Of a DNA stretch of 44,293 bases, positions 28,811-37,862 are shown in pieces. The stretch's first letter is position 1. Each line of letters opens with the position of its first letter. The notes beneath the pieces are model-generated. The model was given only the letters and a program-made list of their open reading frames with translations, ran no database searches and had not been told where the DNA came from. The stretch is from Escherichia phage vB_EcoP-UTI89UKE2. The stretch is taken from the sequence record MZ234049.1. The stretch is one strand, 5' to 3'. The translations under genes and the position numbers were made by a program.

Positions 28811-28840
28811 GGCTTGTCTCACATGTGAGACAGGTCTTTA
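28811..28840 (+). terminator. palindrome hairpin (core TGTCTCACATGTGAGACA, 28815-28832) with GC clamp and U-rich tail
   Basis: Same 18-bp palindrome as at 6239, between two internal virion protein genes. Confidence 0.45.
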
Positions 28841-28862
28841 TGATAGGCACTATGGAGGAATT

Positions 28863-31800
28863 ATGGAACAAGACATTAAGACTAATTGGGCTGGATATGT
28901 CCAGTCTACTCCTGAGCCGTTTTCTATTGAGGCGGCTCCGGTATCGGCTCCTACGATACGCCAGCGTAATGAGTTACAAGAGCAAGTTCTTGAAGCTAAA
29001 GCTGACGCTGATATTTTAGGTGCTGTAGGTGCTGCCTTCCAGAATGAGTGGTTGGCATTCGGAGGCAAGCGGTGGTATGACCGTGCCACTGCTGATTTCA
29101 CACCTCAACCAGACTTTGAGATACAACCTGAGCAACGTGAAGCACTACGTTTCAAATATGGTACGGATATGATGCAGACAATCACTGAGGGTGTTCGTTC
29201 TGAGGATGAATTGAACTTCCGTATTCAGAATGCTGATGAAGACCTTGAGCGCAATAAGCGCATTGCTCAGGCTGGCTGGGTTGGCTCTGTGGCGACGATT
29301 GGCGCTGCTGTGCTTGACCCTGTGGGATGGGTTGCCTCTATTCCAACCGGTGGTGCCGCTAAAGTTGGACTCGTAGGACGTGCTGTGCGTGGCGCTATCG
29401 CCGCTGGCGTGAGTAATGCCGCTATTGAATCCGTATTGGTCCAAGGTGACATGACTCGTGATTTAGATGACATTATGGTAGCACTAGGTTCCGGTATGGC
29501 GATGGGTGGCGTTATTGGCGCTGTAGCGCGTGGTAGGGCCACTAAGCTCAGTGAGCAAGGGGATGACAGGGCTGCGAGCATTGTGCGCAGTGCAGACGCA
29601 GGGGACCGCTATGTGCGTGCTGTTGCTGATGATAGTATCGGTGCGATGCGTGTTAAGGGTGAAGAGGTACTCACGGAGGGTGCATTTGATGTCTCTAGCA
29701 AAGGTGAAGATTTGCTGAAAACCCTACAGCGGGAAGGTAATGCAATTGATATGACCCCTCGCCGCTGGGCCGGAACTCTGTCTGCCCTTGGTACTGTCGT
29801 ACATTCCTCTCAGGATGCAAGTGTACGCGGCCTTGGTGCTCGCCTGTTTGAGTCCCCCCAAGGCTTAGGTATGCAGAAGGCATCTGCTAGTCTCATGCAG
29901 AATACTAACTTGAACCGTCTGAAATCTGCTGATATGAATCGTTTCAACGATGGGTTCGATTTATGGCTCAAAGAGAATAATATCAACCCGGTTGCAGGTC
30001 ATACTAACTCTCACTATGTGCAGCAATATAATGAGAAGGTATGGGAAGCTGTACGCATCGGTATGGACGAGTCTACGCCTAAGTCTATCCGTATGGCAGC
30101 AGAGGGGCAGCAAGCTATGTATCGTGAAGCATTAGCATTACGTCAACGCTCTGGTGAAGCTGGGTTTGAAAAGGTTAAAGCAGATGATAAGTACATGCCT
30201 GATATTTTTGACAGTATGAAGGCTCGTCGTCAATTCAGTATGCACGATAAAGAGGACATCATTGAGTTATTCTCTCGTGCATACCAGAATGGTTCTCGTA
30301 AGGTTCCAAAGGAAGTGGCTGATGATATTGCACGAGCACAAGTAAACCGCGTTGCTGATGCCACCTTGACCGGACAGCTTAGCTTTGAAAAGGCTATGTC
30401 TGGTCAAACCAAAGCAGAATATGAAGCACTCATGCGCAAAGCAGGCTTTAGTGATGAAGAGATTGAAAAGATGGTAGAAGCTCTGGATAATAAAGAAACC
30501 AGAGATAATATCTCTAACCGAGCTAAGATGAGTTTAGGCTTAGATGTTACTCAAGAGTACAATGGTATTCGTATGCGTGACTTTATGAACACTAACGTGG
30601 AAGAGTTAACAGATAACTACATGAAGGAAGCGGCAGGTGGTGCTGCCTTGGCTCGTCAAGGTTTCTCTACCTATCAGGCTGCACTTAATGCAATTGATCT
30701 TGTAGAGCGAAATGCACGAAATGCAGCTAAAGATACAAAAGCACACGCACAATTTGAAGCGGAGTCGGCTAAGATCCGTCAATCAGAGCCTGATTACAAG
30801 AAGGCACAAGAGAAGATTGAAGAGTTAAAGAAGCGACTTAAATTGAAAGAGAAAGATGAAGCAGCAGGTCTGGCTATTGATGAAGAAATCCGTCAGATGC
30901 GAGAGGGGCTTCGCTTGATTATGGGTAAATCTATCGATTCAAACCCACAAGATTTGTCTACTAAAATGCTGCGTCGTGGGCGTGACATTACAGGCGTACT
31001 TCGCTTAGGTCAGATGGGCTTCGCACAGCTAGGTGAACTTGCTAACTTCATGGGTGAGTTTGGTATTGCTGCCACCACTATGGCTTTAGGTAAGCAATTC
31101 CGCTTCACCTCTAAGGCGTTGCGTAATGGCGATGGCTTCTTTCGAGATAAGAATTTAGCTGAGGTTGAGCGAATGGTAGGTTACATTGGTGAAGACAACT
31201 GGCTAACAACTAAGGGTGCGCGTCCAGATGAGTTTGGTGATGTAACCACAGTGCGAGGTATGATGGCCCATTTTGACCAGTCCATGAACTCTATACGACG
31301 TGCTCAGACAAACCTATCCCTCTTCCGCATGGCACAGGGTTCTCTGGAGCGAATGACCAATAGGCAAATAGCTTTGTCTTTCATTGACCACCTTGAAGGC
31401 AAGAAGATTATCCCTCAGAAGAAACTGGAGGAACTTGGTCTTACTCAGGGGTTCATGACTAACCTACAGAAGCACTATGATGCTAACTCTAAAGGTTCTG
31501 GCTTGCTTGGCTTTGATACAATGCCTTATGCCATGGGTGAAACTTTAGCTAATGCTATTCGTCGTAAGTCAGGTCTAATTATCCAACGTAACTTCATTGG
31601 TGATGAAGGTATCTGGATGAACAAAGCACTAGGTAAGACATTTGCACAGCTTAAGTCATTCTCTCTTGTATCTGGTGAGAAGCAATTTGGTCGAGGGATT
31701 CGACACGATAAAATTGGTCTTGCTAAGAAGACAGCTTACGGGTTTGCTTTGGGTTCAATAGTGTATGCGGCAAAAGCCTATGTGAACTCTATTGGGCGAG

Positions 31801-32171
31801 AAGACCAAGATGAATATTTGGAAGAGAAGTTATCGCCTAAAGGGTTGGCCTTTGGTGCAATGGGTATGATGAGTACAACTGCTGTATTTAGTCTAGGTGG
31901 AGATTTCTTAGGTGGCCTAGGTGTTCTACCTTCTGAGTTAGTACAATCCCGTTATGAGGCTGGCTTTCAGACTAAGGGTTTGATAGACCAAATACCACTA
32001 GTAGGTGTTGGTCAAGATGCATATCGTTTAGCAGATTCTATAACTAAATATGCAGAGGGTGATACAGAAGGTGTAGATGTGGCACGTAGGGCTTTACGCT
32101 TAGTGCCTCTAACTAATGTAATAGGAATCCAGAACGCATTGCGTTATGGCTTAGATGAACTGGAGGATTGA
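28863..32171 (+). CDS. large internal virion protein (1102 aa; gp16-like core/ejection protein)
   Basis: RBS GGAGG; size and position. Confidence 0.8.
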   Translation: MEQDIKTNWAGYVQSTPEPFSIEAAPVSAPTIRQRNELQEQVLEAKADADILGAVGAAFQNEWLAFGGKRWYDRATADFTPQPDFEIQPEQREALRFKYGTDMMQTITEGVRSEDELNFRIQNADEDLERNKRIAQAGWVGSVATIGAAVLDPVGWVASIPTGGAAKVGLVGRAVRGAIAAGVSNAAIESVLVQGDMTRDLDDIMVALGSGMAMGGVIGAVARGRATKLSEQGDDRAASIVRSADAGDRYVRAVADDSIGAMRVKGEEVLTEGAFDVSSKGEDLLKTLQREGNAIDMTPRRWAGTLSALGTVVHSSQDASVRGLGARLFESPQGLGMQKASASLMQNTNLNRLKSADMNRFNDGFDLWLKENNINPVAGHTNSHYVQQYNEKVWEAVRIGMDESTPKSIRMAAEGQQAMYREALALRQRSGEAGFEKVKADDKYMPDIFDSMKARRQFSMHDKEDIIELFSRAYQNGSRKVPKEVADDIARAQVNRVADATLTGQLSFEKAMSGQTKAEYEALMRKAGFSDEEIEKMVEALDNKETRDNISNRAKMSLGLDVTQEYNGIRMRDFMNTNVEELTDNYMKEAAGGAALARQGFSTYQAALNAIDLVERNARNAAKDTKAHAQFEAESAKIRQSEPDYKKAQEKIEELKKRLKLKEKDEAAGLAIDEEIRQMREGLRLIMGKSIDSNPQDLSTKMLRRGRDITGVLRLGQMGFAQLGELANFMGEFGIAATTMALGKQFRFTSKALRNGDGFFRDKNLAEVERMVGYIGEDNWLTTKGARPDEFGDVTTVRGMMAHFDQSMNSIRRAQTNLSLFRMAQGSLERMTNRQIALSFIDHLEGKKIIPQKKLEELGLTQGFMTNLQKHYDANSKGSGLLGFDTMPYAMGETLANAIRRKSGLIIQRNFIGDEGIWMNKALGKTFAQLKSFSLVSGEKQFGRGIRHDKIGLAKKTAYGFALGSIVYAAKAYVNSIGREDQDEYLEEKLSPKGLAFGAMGMMSTTAVFSLGGDFLGGLGVLPSELVQSRYEAGFQTKGLIDQIPLVGVGQDAYRLADSITKYAEGDTEGVDVARRALRLVPLTNVIGIQNALRYGLDELED

Positions 32172-33133
32172 TGAGTTATACTTTCACAGAACATATAGCC
32201 AACGGTACGCAAGTAACCTATCCCTTTAGATTTGCTGGCAGGGATAAAGGCTATCTTCGTGCCTCAGATGTGATAGTGGAATCTCTTCAAGGTAACACTT
32301 GGATTGAGGTTACATCTGGCTGGCAATTAACTGGTACGCATCAAATCACTTTTGATGTAGCACCTGTTGCAGGTTTGAAGTTCCGTATTCGAAGGGAAGT
32401 ACAAAAGGAGTATCCATACGCTGAGTTTGACCGTGGTGTTACCTTGGATATGAAGTCTTTAAATGGTTCTTTCATTCATATACTGGAGATTACACAGGAG
32501 TTACTTGATGGGTTTTATCCAGAAGGATACTTCATTAAGCAGAATGTAAGCTGGGGCGGCAATAAGATTACTGACCTAGCTGATGGTGAGAATCCAAAAG
32601 ATGCAGTAAATAAGTCACAGCTAGATGCTATCGACAAGAAGCATACTGATTGGAACTCTGCACAAGATATAGAGATTGCTGGTATTAAGAGAGGAATGGT
32701 GTCTGGTGTATCTCATCGCACTATTCCTTGGTATATGGTCGCCTCCGGTGGAGAGCAAATCATTCGACCACCTTACTCATTTGATGATGCTATGGTGTTT
32801 ATAAACGGTGTATTCCAGCATGAACTAGCAGGTGCAGTATCAGTGGGGTATAATGTTATAACCCTGTCCGAGCCATTACAGGCTGGGGATGAAGTTTATG
32901 TGCTTATCGGTAGTCGCTTAACCCCACCTACAAGTGCGGATACTATCCTCTTTACACAAGCAGTGAGTGAAGGTACACAATCTATCGACATTGTAACGGC
33001 TTTCCAACGTCTTGATGTATACTTGGATGGCCTGTATCAACCTAATAATGCTTATGAAATCGTAGGGTCTACTATCACTTTCAGTGAGCCATTACCTGAG
33101 TGTGTCGTAAGTATGAAGCTACAACTAGTGTAA
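32171..33133 (+). CDS. tail fiber/tailspike adaptor protein (T7 gp17 N-terminal domain-like)
   Basis: N-terminal MSYTFTEHIANGTQVTYPFRF resembles the gp17 tail-attachment domain; no long fibre shaft. Confidence 0.7.
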   Translation: MSYTFTEHIANGTQVTYPFRFAGRDKGYLRASDVIVESLQGNTWIEVTSGWQLTGTHQITFDVAPVAGLKFRIRREVQKEYPYAEFDRGVTLDMKSLNGSFIHILEITQELLDGFYPEGYFIKQNVSWGGNKITDLADGENPKDAVNKSQLDAIDKKHTDWNSAQDIEIAGIKRGMVSGVSHRTIPWYMVASGGEQIIRPPYSFDDAMVFINGVFQHELAGAVSVGYNVITLSEPLQAGDEVYVLIGSRLTPPTSADTILFTQAVSEGTQSIDIVTAFQRLDVYLDGLYQPNNAYEIVGSTITFSEPLPECVVSMKLQLV

Positions 33134-33142
33134 GGAGGTGAG

Positions 33143-33337
33143 ATGATTAACTCCGAACTGGTAGATAGTGGTGTGAAGCTTGCGCCACCTGCATTAGTCT
33201 CAGGTGGGTACTTCCTCGGTATCAGTTGGGATAATTGGGTGTTAATAGCAACATTCATTTATACCGTGTTGCAAATTGGAGACTGGTTTTATACCAAGAT
33301 TAAACTATGGAGGAAGAATCGTGAGCGTCCACAATAA
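33143..33337 (+). CDS. putative holin (64 aa)
   Basis: RBS AAGGAGG; hydrophobic segment plus charged C-terminus KLWRKNRERPQ; position equivalent to T7 gp17.5. Confidence 0.55.
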   Translation: MINSELVDSGVKLAPPALVSGGYFLGISWDNWVLIATFIYTVLQIGDWFYTKIKLWRKNRERPQ

Positions 33338-33620
33338 ACATGCAGCTACGGAAGATGAGGTTGGCATCCTGCATGGTGCTATTACCAAAATCTTTAATAA
33401 GAAAGCACAGGCAATACTGGACACTATAGAAGAAGACCCAGATGCAGCACTGCATTTAGTCTCTGGTAAAGACATTGGAGCTATGTGTAAGTGGGTTCTT
33501 GATAATGGTATTACCGCTACACCTGCTGCACAGCAGGAGGAGTCCAAGCTATCTAAGCGCCTCAAGGCTATCCGAGAGGCATCAAGTGGCAAGATTATTC
33601 AATTCACTAAGGAGGATTGA
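33321..33620 (+). CDS. terminase small subunit (gp18-like); GTG start after RBS GGAGG
   Basis: Immediately upstream of, and overlapping, the large terminase gene. Confidence 0.5.
   Translation: MSVHNKHAATEDEVGILHGAITKIFNKKAQAILDTIEEDPDAALHLVSGKDIGAMCKWVLDNGITATPAAQQEESKLSKRLKAIREASSGKIIQFTKED
33413..33435 (+). promoter_or_regulatory. phage promoter-like sequence (AATACTGGACACTATAGAAGAAG) inside the small terminase gene
   Basis: One mismatch to the consensus, embedded in coding sequence (encodes ILDTIEED). Confidence 0.55.
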
Positions 33621-35518
33621 TGGCTAAGGCAAGAGAATCACAAGCGGAGGCTCTTGCCAGATGGGAGATGCTACAGGAGTTACAGCAGACCTTTCCTTAC
33701 ACAGCGGAAGGTTTGCTTCTCTTTGCAGATACAGTTATTCATAACTTAATTGCAGGCAACCCTCATCTGATTCGTATGCAGGCGGATATCTTGAAGTTCC
33801 TATTTTACGGACACAAGTACCGCCTCATCGAAGCGCCTCGTGGTATCGCTAAGACAACACTATCAGCAATCTATACGGTATTCCGTATTATTCATGAACC
33901 ACATAAGCGTATCATGGTTGTGTCCCAAAACGCCAAGCGAGCAGAGGAAATCGCAGGTTGGGTAGTTAAAATCTTCCGTGGCTTAGACTTTCTTGAGTTT
34001 ATGCTGCCGGATATCTACGCTGGGGACCGTGCATCCGTTAAGGCGTTTGAGATTCATTACACCCTACGTGGTAGTGATAAGTCTCCTTCTGTATCCTGTT
34101 ACTCAATCGAAGCAGGTATGCAGGGTGCTCGTGCTGATATTATTCTAGCGGATGACGTAGAGTCGATGCAGAATGCTCGTACGGCAGCGGGCCGTGCCTT
34201 GCTTGAGGAACTGACTAAGGAGTTTGAATCTATCAACCAGTTTGGGGATATCATTTACCTTGGTACACCTCAGAACGTAAACTCTATCTACAACAACCTG
34301 CCTGCTCGTGGTTACTCTGTTCGTATCTGGACTGCGCGTTACCCTTCAGTAGAGCAAGAGCAATGTTATGGCGACTTCCTTGCACCTATGATTGTTCAAG
34401 ATATGAAGGACAACCCAGCACTTCGCTCAGGGTACGGGTTGGATGGTAATAGTGGTGCACCTTGTGCCCCTGAAATGTATGATGATGAAGTCCTGATTGA
34501 GAAGGAAATCTCTCAGGGTGCTGCTAAGTTCCAGCTTCAGTTCATGCTTAACACTCGCATGATGGATGCTGACAGATACCCATTACGCCTGAACAATCTA
34601 ATCTTCACCTCGTTTGGTACAGAGGAAGTCCCTGTGATGCCTACGTGGAGTAATGATTCCATAAACATCATTGGTGATGCACCTAAGTATGGTAACAAGC
34701 CTACGGATTTCATGTACAGACCTGTAGCTCGCCCATACGAATGGGGTGCTGTCTCCCGCAAGATTATGTATATTGACCCTGCGGGTGGTGGTAAGAACGG
34801 AGATGAGACGGGTGTAGCCATCGTATTCCTGCACGGCACATTCATTTATGTGTATCAGTGCTTTGGTGTACCTGGCGGATACCGAGAGTCGTCCCTGAAT
34901 CGCATTGTGCAGGCCGCAAAGCAGGCGGGTGTTAAAGAGGTATTCATTGAGAAGAACTTTGGTCATGGCGCGTTTGAGGCGGTAATTAAGCCGTACTTTG
35001 AACGAGAGTGGCCTGTAACTCTGGAAGAGGATTACGCCACCGGACAGAAAGAGTTGCGTATCATTGAGACGCTGGAGCCGCTCATGGCAGCCCATAGGCT
35101 TATCTTCAATGCAGAGATGGTGAAGTCAGACTTTGAGTCGGTACAGCACTATCCGCTTGAACTACGCATGTCCTACAGTCTTTTCAATCAAATGTCGAAC
35201 ATAACGATTGAGAAGAACAGCCTCCGGCACGATGACCGCCTAGACGCCCTGTATGGCGCTATACGGCAATTAACTTCTCAGATAGACTATGACGAGGTTA
35301 CACGGATTAATCGCCTCAGAGCGCAGGAGATGCGCGATTACATCCATGCTATGAATACACCTCATCTACGCAGGGCAATGCTATATGGAGATTACGGTAC
35401 TGAGCGAAGAGTGACCAACACTTCCGTAGCGATGCAGCAGCGAGTTTACGGGCAGAACTACCGAAATAAATCGGCAAGCAGAAATACACTTTCTGCAAGG
35501 ATTTCAAGGACTTATTAA
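33620..35518 (+). CDS. terminase large subunit (gp19-like)
   Basis: Walker A-like RGIAKTT ... ILADDVE (Walker B) and C-terminal nuclease region. The track start at 33617 is a TTG. Confidence 0.9.
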   Translation: MAKARESQAEALARWEMLQELQQTFPYTAEGLLLFADTVIHNLIAGNPHLIRMQADILKFLFYGHKYRLIEAPRGIAKTTLSAIYTVFRIIHEPHKRIMVVSQNAKRAEEIAGWVVKIFRGLDFLEFMLPDIYAGDRASVKAFEIHYTLRGSDKSPSVSCYSIEAGMQGARADIILADDVESMQNARTAAGRALLEELTKEFESINQFGDIIYLGTPQNVNSIYNNLPARGYSVRIWTARYPSVEQEQCYGDFLAPMIVQDMKDNPALRSGYGLDGNSGAPCAPEMYDDEVLIEKEISQGAAKFQLQFMLNTRMMDADRYPLRLNNLIFTSFGTEEVPVMPTWSNDSINIIGDAPKYGNKPTDFMYRPVARPYEWGAVSRKIMYIDPAGGGKNGDETGVAIVFLHGTFIYVYQCFGVPGGYRESSLNRIVQAAKQAGVKEVFIEKNFGHGAFEAVIKPYFEREWPVTLEEDYATGQKELRIIETLEPLMAAHRLIFNAEMVKSDFESVQHYPLELRMSYSLFNQMSNITIEKNSLRHDDRLDALYGAIRQLTSQIDYDEVTRINRLRAQEMRDYIHAMNTPHLRRAMLYGDYGTERRVTNTSVAMQQRVYGQNYRNKSASRNTLSARISRTY

Positions 35519-35538
35519 TTACTGGACACTATAGAAGG
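35517..35538 (+). promoter_or_regulatory. phage RNAP promoter (AATTACTGGACACTATAGAAGG)
   Basis: Consensus; starts immediately after the terminase stop. Confidence 0.8.
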
Positions 35539-35544
35539 AAGGCC

Positions 35545-35630
35545 CGGATAATAAGATAAATAATAGGTAATATATAGGTTAACCTAGGTTATATAGGTAT
35601 GCATTAGTATGGGTGTACTCCTGTACACCC
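35545..35630. repeat. phased TAGGT repeat array (4 copies, 9-11 bp spacing) followed by leader hairpin GGGTGTAC-TCCT-GTACACCC
   Basis: AATAGGTAATATATAGGTTAACCTAGGTTATATAGGTATG, then a perfect 8-bp stem at 35611-35630. Confidence 0.6.
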
Positions 35631-35677
35631 CCCTATTCCTTACTTCCTTACTATATTTACATAATAGGAGAGAGACA

Positions 35678-35953
35678 ATGGCTAATGATTATAGTAGTCA
35701 ACCATTAACAGGTAAGTCTAAGAGAAAGCAGGTACAACCTGTAAGTGAAGCACTAATGCTTCCGGTAATCTCGAAAGAGGAAGCTAGTAAGAAAAGCAAT
35801 GTTATTAATGATGCCACCAAATCAGGTAAACAGAAAGGGGCCATGGTATGCCTTGAAGTGGATGGTGCATTGAAGATTGCTATCGCTGTTGATGGCAAAG
35901 AAGATTCAGAGTGGAAGTTAGTGACAGGGGAACCCACTATTACCCCAGTTTAA
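35678..35953 (+). CDS. hypothetical protein (91 aa), paralog 1 of a tandem family
   Basis: RBS AGGAGAG then ATG at 35678. Shares SGKQxGAMV ... IAVA ... W with the next two ORFs. The track start at 35609 lies in the leader hairpin. Confidence 0.6.
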   Translation: MANDYSSQPLTGKSKRKQVQPVSEALMLPVISKEEASKKSNVINDATKSGKQKGAMVCLEVDGALKIAIAVDGKEDSEWKLVTGEPTITPV

Positions 35954-35971
35954 GAGAAGGAGGAAGATTAC

Positions 35972-36259
35972 ATGGCTAAATATGGTACTACAGGTTCTGT
36001 TACGGGTCAGGCTTTTCGAGTGAAAGCAGTACAAACTATTGCAACGGCAATTCCTATGCCTGTTGTTGCTGAAGAAGACCTTAAGAAGAAAGATCATCCT
36101 ATCAACATCAAATATTTATCAGGTAAACAGAGAGGTGCAATGGTTGTTATTTCGAGAGCGGACACAACCGTGCATATTGCTGTTGCACGTGGTAGTGAGC
36201 CCACCGACGTTTGGGATGTAACTGCTATGGACTCCCTTGCTGTTACACCAGGGGAGTGA
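35972..36259 (+). CDS. hypothetical protein (95 aa), paralog 2
   Basis: RBS AAGGAGG; motif KYLSGKQRGAMVVISRA ... HIAVARGSEPTDVWDV. Confidence 0.6.
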   Translation: MAKYGTTGSVTGQAFRVKAVQTIATAIPMPVVAEEDLKKKDHPINIKYLSGKQRGAMVVISRADTTVHIAVARGSEPTDVWDVTAMDSLAVTPGE

Positions 36260-36266
36260 TATTATC

Positions 36267-36944
36267 GTGTTAGGTATTACAGGACAACGAAGTGTAAGTC
36301 ATCAAGCTAAGGTTGCCACGGAAGTGGCTCCTATCGTTGATATCTCAGATGTGTCTGACGTTAACTCTTATCTAAACCAAAAGTACCTATCAGGTAAACA
36401 GGAAGGATATACTGTTCTGACTAAGAAAGGTTCACGTTATTCATTGTATGCTGCAACAGGTTCTAAGCCAGAAGATAAGTGGTTGCCTTTAGAGCAAGCA
36501 ACCCTACCTGATTCGAGTGCATTAGAGCTAATTGACACCATCGATGTTGAAGTTGCAAGTGCAAGCGACACAGTAGAGGTTAATGTAACCAAAGAGAGGA
36601 CTGTGTGCATCCAGACGCCTATGAAGGACTTAGCAGGTGATACAGTTTACCGGCAAGAATTGACTGCCAACATTAACCTTACCATTAATGAAAACGGAAG
36701 CCCAAGCGATACGGTTAAATTAAACATATCAATTCCTAATTTGCCAGGAACATCTAGTGGGTCTTACTATACAGTTGACAATGTGCTGTGTACTTCTTTT
36801 GGAGACGACAGTCCTGTTATTGCCAATATAGATGTCGATAAGGCTACCACTAACTTGATTGCTGTTACACTTCGTAAAGAGACGGCAACAGATATTAGGC
36901 TGTCTCTTGTAATTAGGTGGTCAATGCCAGTGGAGATTGTATAA
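36267..36944 (+). CDS. hypothetical protein (about 225 aa), paralog 3 with C-terminal extension; GTG start inferred
   Basis: Motif KYLSGKQEGYTVL ... YAATGSKPEDKWLPL; start codon uncertain (TTG 36237 or GTG 36267). Confidence 0.55.
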   Translation: MLGITGQRSVSHQAKVATEVAPIVDISDVSDVNSYLNQKYLSGKQEGYTVLTKKGSRYSLYAATGSKPEDKWLPLEQATLPDSSALELIDTIDVEVASASDTVEVNVTKERTVCIQTPMKDLAGDTVYRQELTANINLTINENGSPSDTVKLNISIPNLPGTSSGSYYTVDNVLCTSFGDDSPVIANIDVDKATTNLIAVTLRKETATDIRLSLVIRWSMPVEIV

Positions 36945-37288
36945 TGCTTAACAAATACTTCAAGCGTAAAGAGTTCGCTTGCCGTTGTGGGTGCGGTACA
37001 TCCACTGTTGATGCTGAATTACTGCAGGTAGTCACAGATGTGCGTGAGCACTTTGGTACTCCTGTTGTTATCACTTCTGGTCATCGCTGTGCTAAGCACA
37101 ATGCTAATGTAGGTGGAGCTAAGAACTCTATGCATCTTACTGGTAAGGCTGCTGACATTAAGGTACGAGGCATCTTACCTTCTGATGTACATAAGTACCT
37201 TACTGATAAGTACCAAGGCAAGTATGGTATTGGTAAATATACCTCCTTTACTCATATTGATGTACGTGACGGGTGTGCACGATGGTAG
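36944..37288 (+). CDS. endolysin, peptidase M15 family (zinc peptidase)
   Basis: FACRCGCG ... SGHRCAKHNANVGGAKNSMHLTGKAADI ... HIDVRDG; ATG overlaps the upstream stop. Confidence 0.8.
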   Translation: MLNKYFKRKEFACRCGCGTSTVDAELLQVVTDVREHFGTPVVITSGHRCAKHNANVGGAKNSMHLTGKAADIKVRGILPSDVHKYLTDKYQGKYGIGKYTSFTHIDVRDGCARW

Positions 37289-37396
37289 GTTGTGTTGCAT
37301 GGTGTGAACGCATGGTTGCTAAGGCTTCAGAGGAAGGCAACTATGAAGATTGGCAGAACTACTCAACTTTATTAGCTCAATGGAAAGGGAGATGCA

Positions 37397-37546
37397 ATGA
37401 AAAAGCTGTTCAAATCTAAGAAGGTTGTAGGTGCACTAGTTGCATTGGCAATTGCTCTTGTTTCTGTAGGTCTTGGTGTAGACCTTGGCTCTGGCACGGA
37501 ATCCTCTGTGACAGATGTGGTATGCCAAGTAATCACCTGTGAATAA
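37397..37546 (+). CDS. small membrane protein (49 aa), possible lysis-associated protein
   Basis: N-terminal MKKLFKSKK followed by a hydrophobic helix; lies between endolysin and spanins. Confidence 0.35.
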   Translation: MKKLFKSKKVVGALVALAIALVSVGLGVDLGSGTESSVTDVVCQVITCE

Positions 37547-37760
37547 GGTGCTTGAGGTGGTGGCAGGTCTTATTGGCCTGCTGCTTGCCGCTAAGAAGAA
37601 GAAGGAAGAGAAGGAGGTACAAAGTGAGGCGAATCATGCTAGCGACAATCCTGCTGATTGGTTCGCTGATCACTTCAGGGTGTCAGACGGCGTTACCAGA
37701 GAATCCAAAGGTGAAACCTCTGAAGCCGACGCTTACGGCAGTCTACGAGGTGGACGATAG
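37539..37760 (+). CDS. putative i-spanin (Rz-like; start codon ambiguous, GTG candidates at 37539-37560)
   Basis: N-terminal TM segment VLEVVAGLIGLLLAA followed by a charged periplasmic region; overlaps the o-spanin gene. Confidence 0.45.
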   Translation: MNKVLEVVAGLIGLLLAAKKKKEEKEVQSEANHASDNPADWFADHFRVSDGVTRESKGETSEADAYGSLRGGR

Positions 37761-37833
37761 AGTCTGCTTCAGTAAACCTGACGCTACAAAATTGGGTCTG
37801 TACATTCTCTCGCTAGAACGCGGATATAATTAA
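37636..37833 (+). CDS. putative o-spanin lipoprotein (Rz1-like)
   Basis: Signal plus lipobox-like LITSGC, then a Pro-rich mature part with a second Cys; gene starts inside the i-spanin gene in another frame and extends past it. Confidence 0.55.
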   Translation: MLATILLIGSLITSGCQTALPENPKVKPLKPTLTAVYEVDDRVCFSKPDATKLGLYILSLERGYN

Positions 37834-37862
37834 TACATAGTTTTATGTATCAGTGTCTTACG

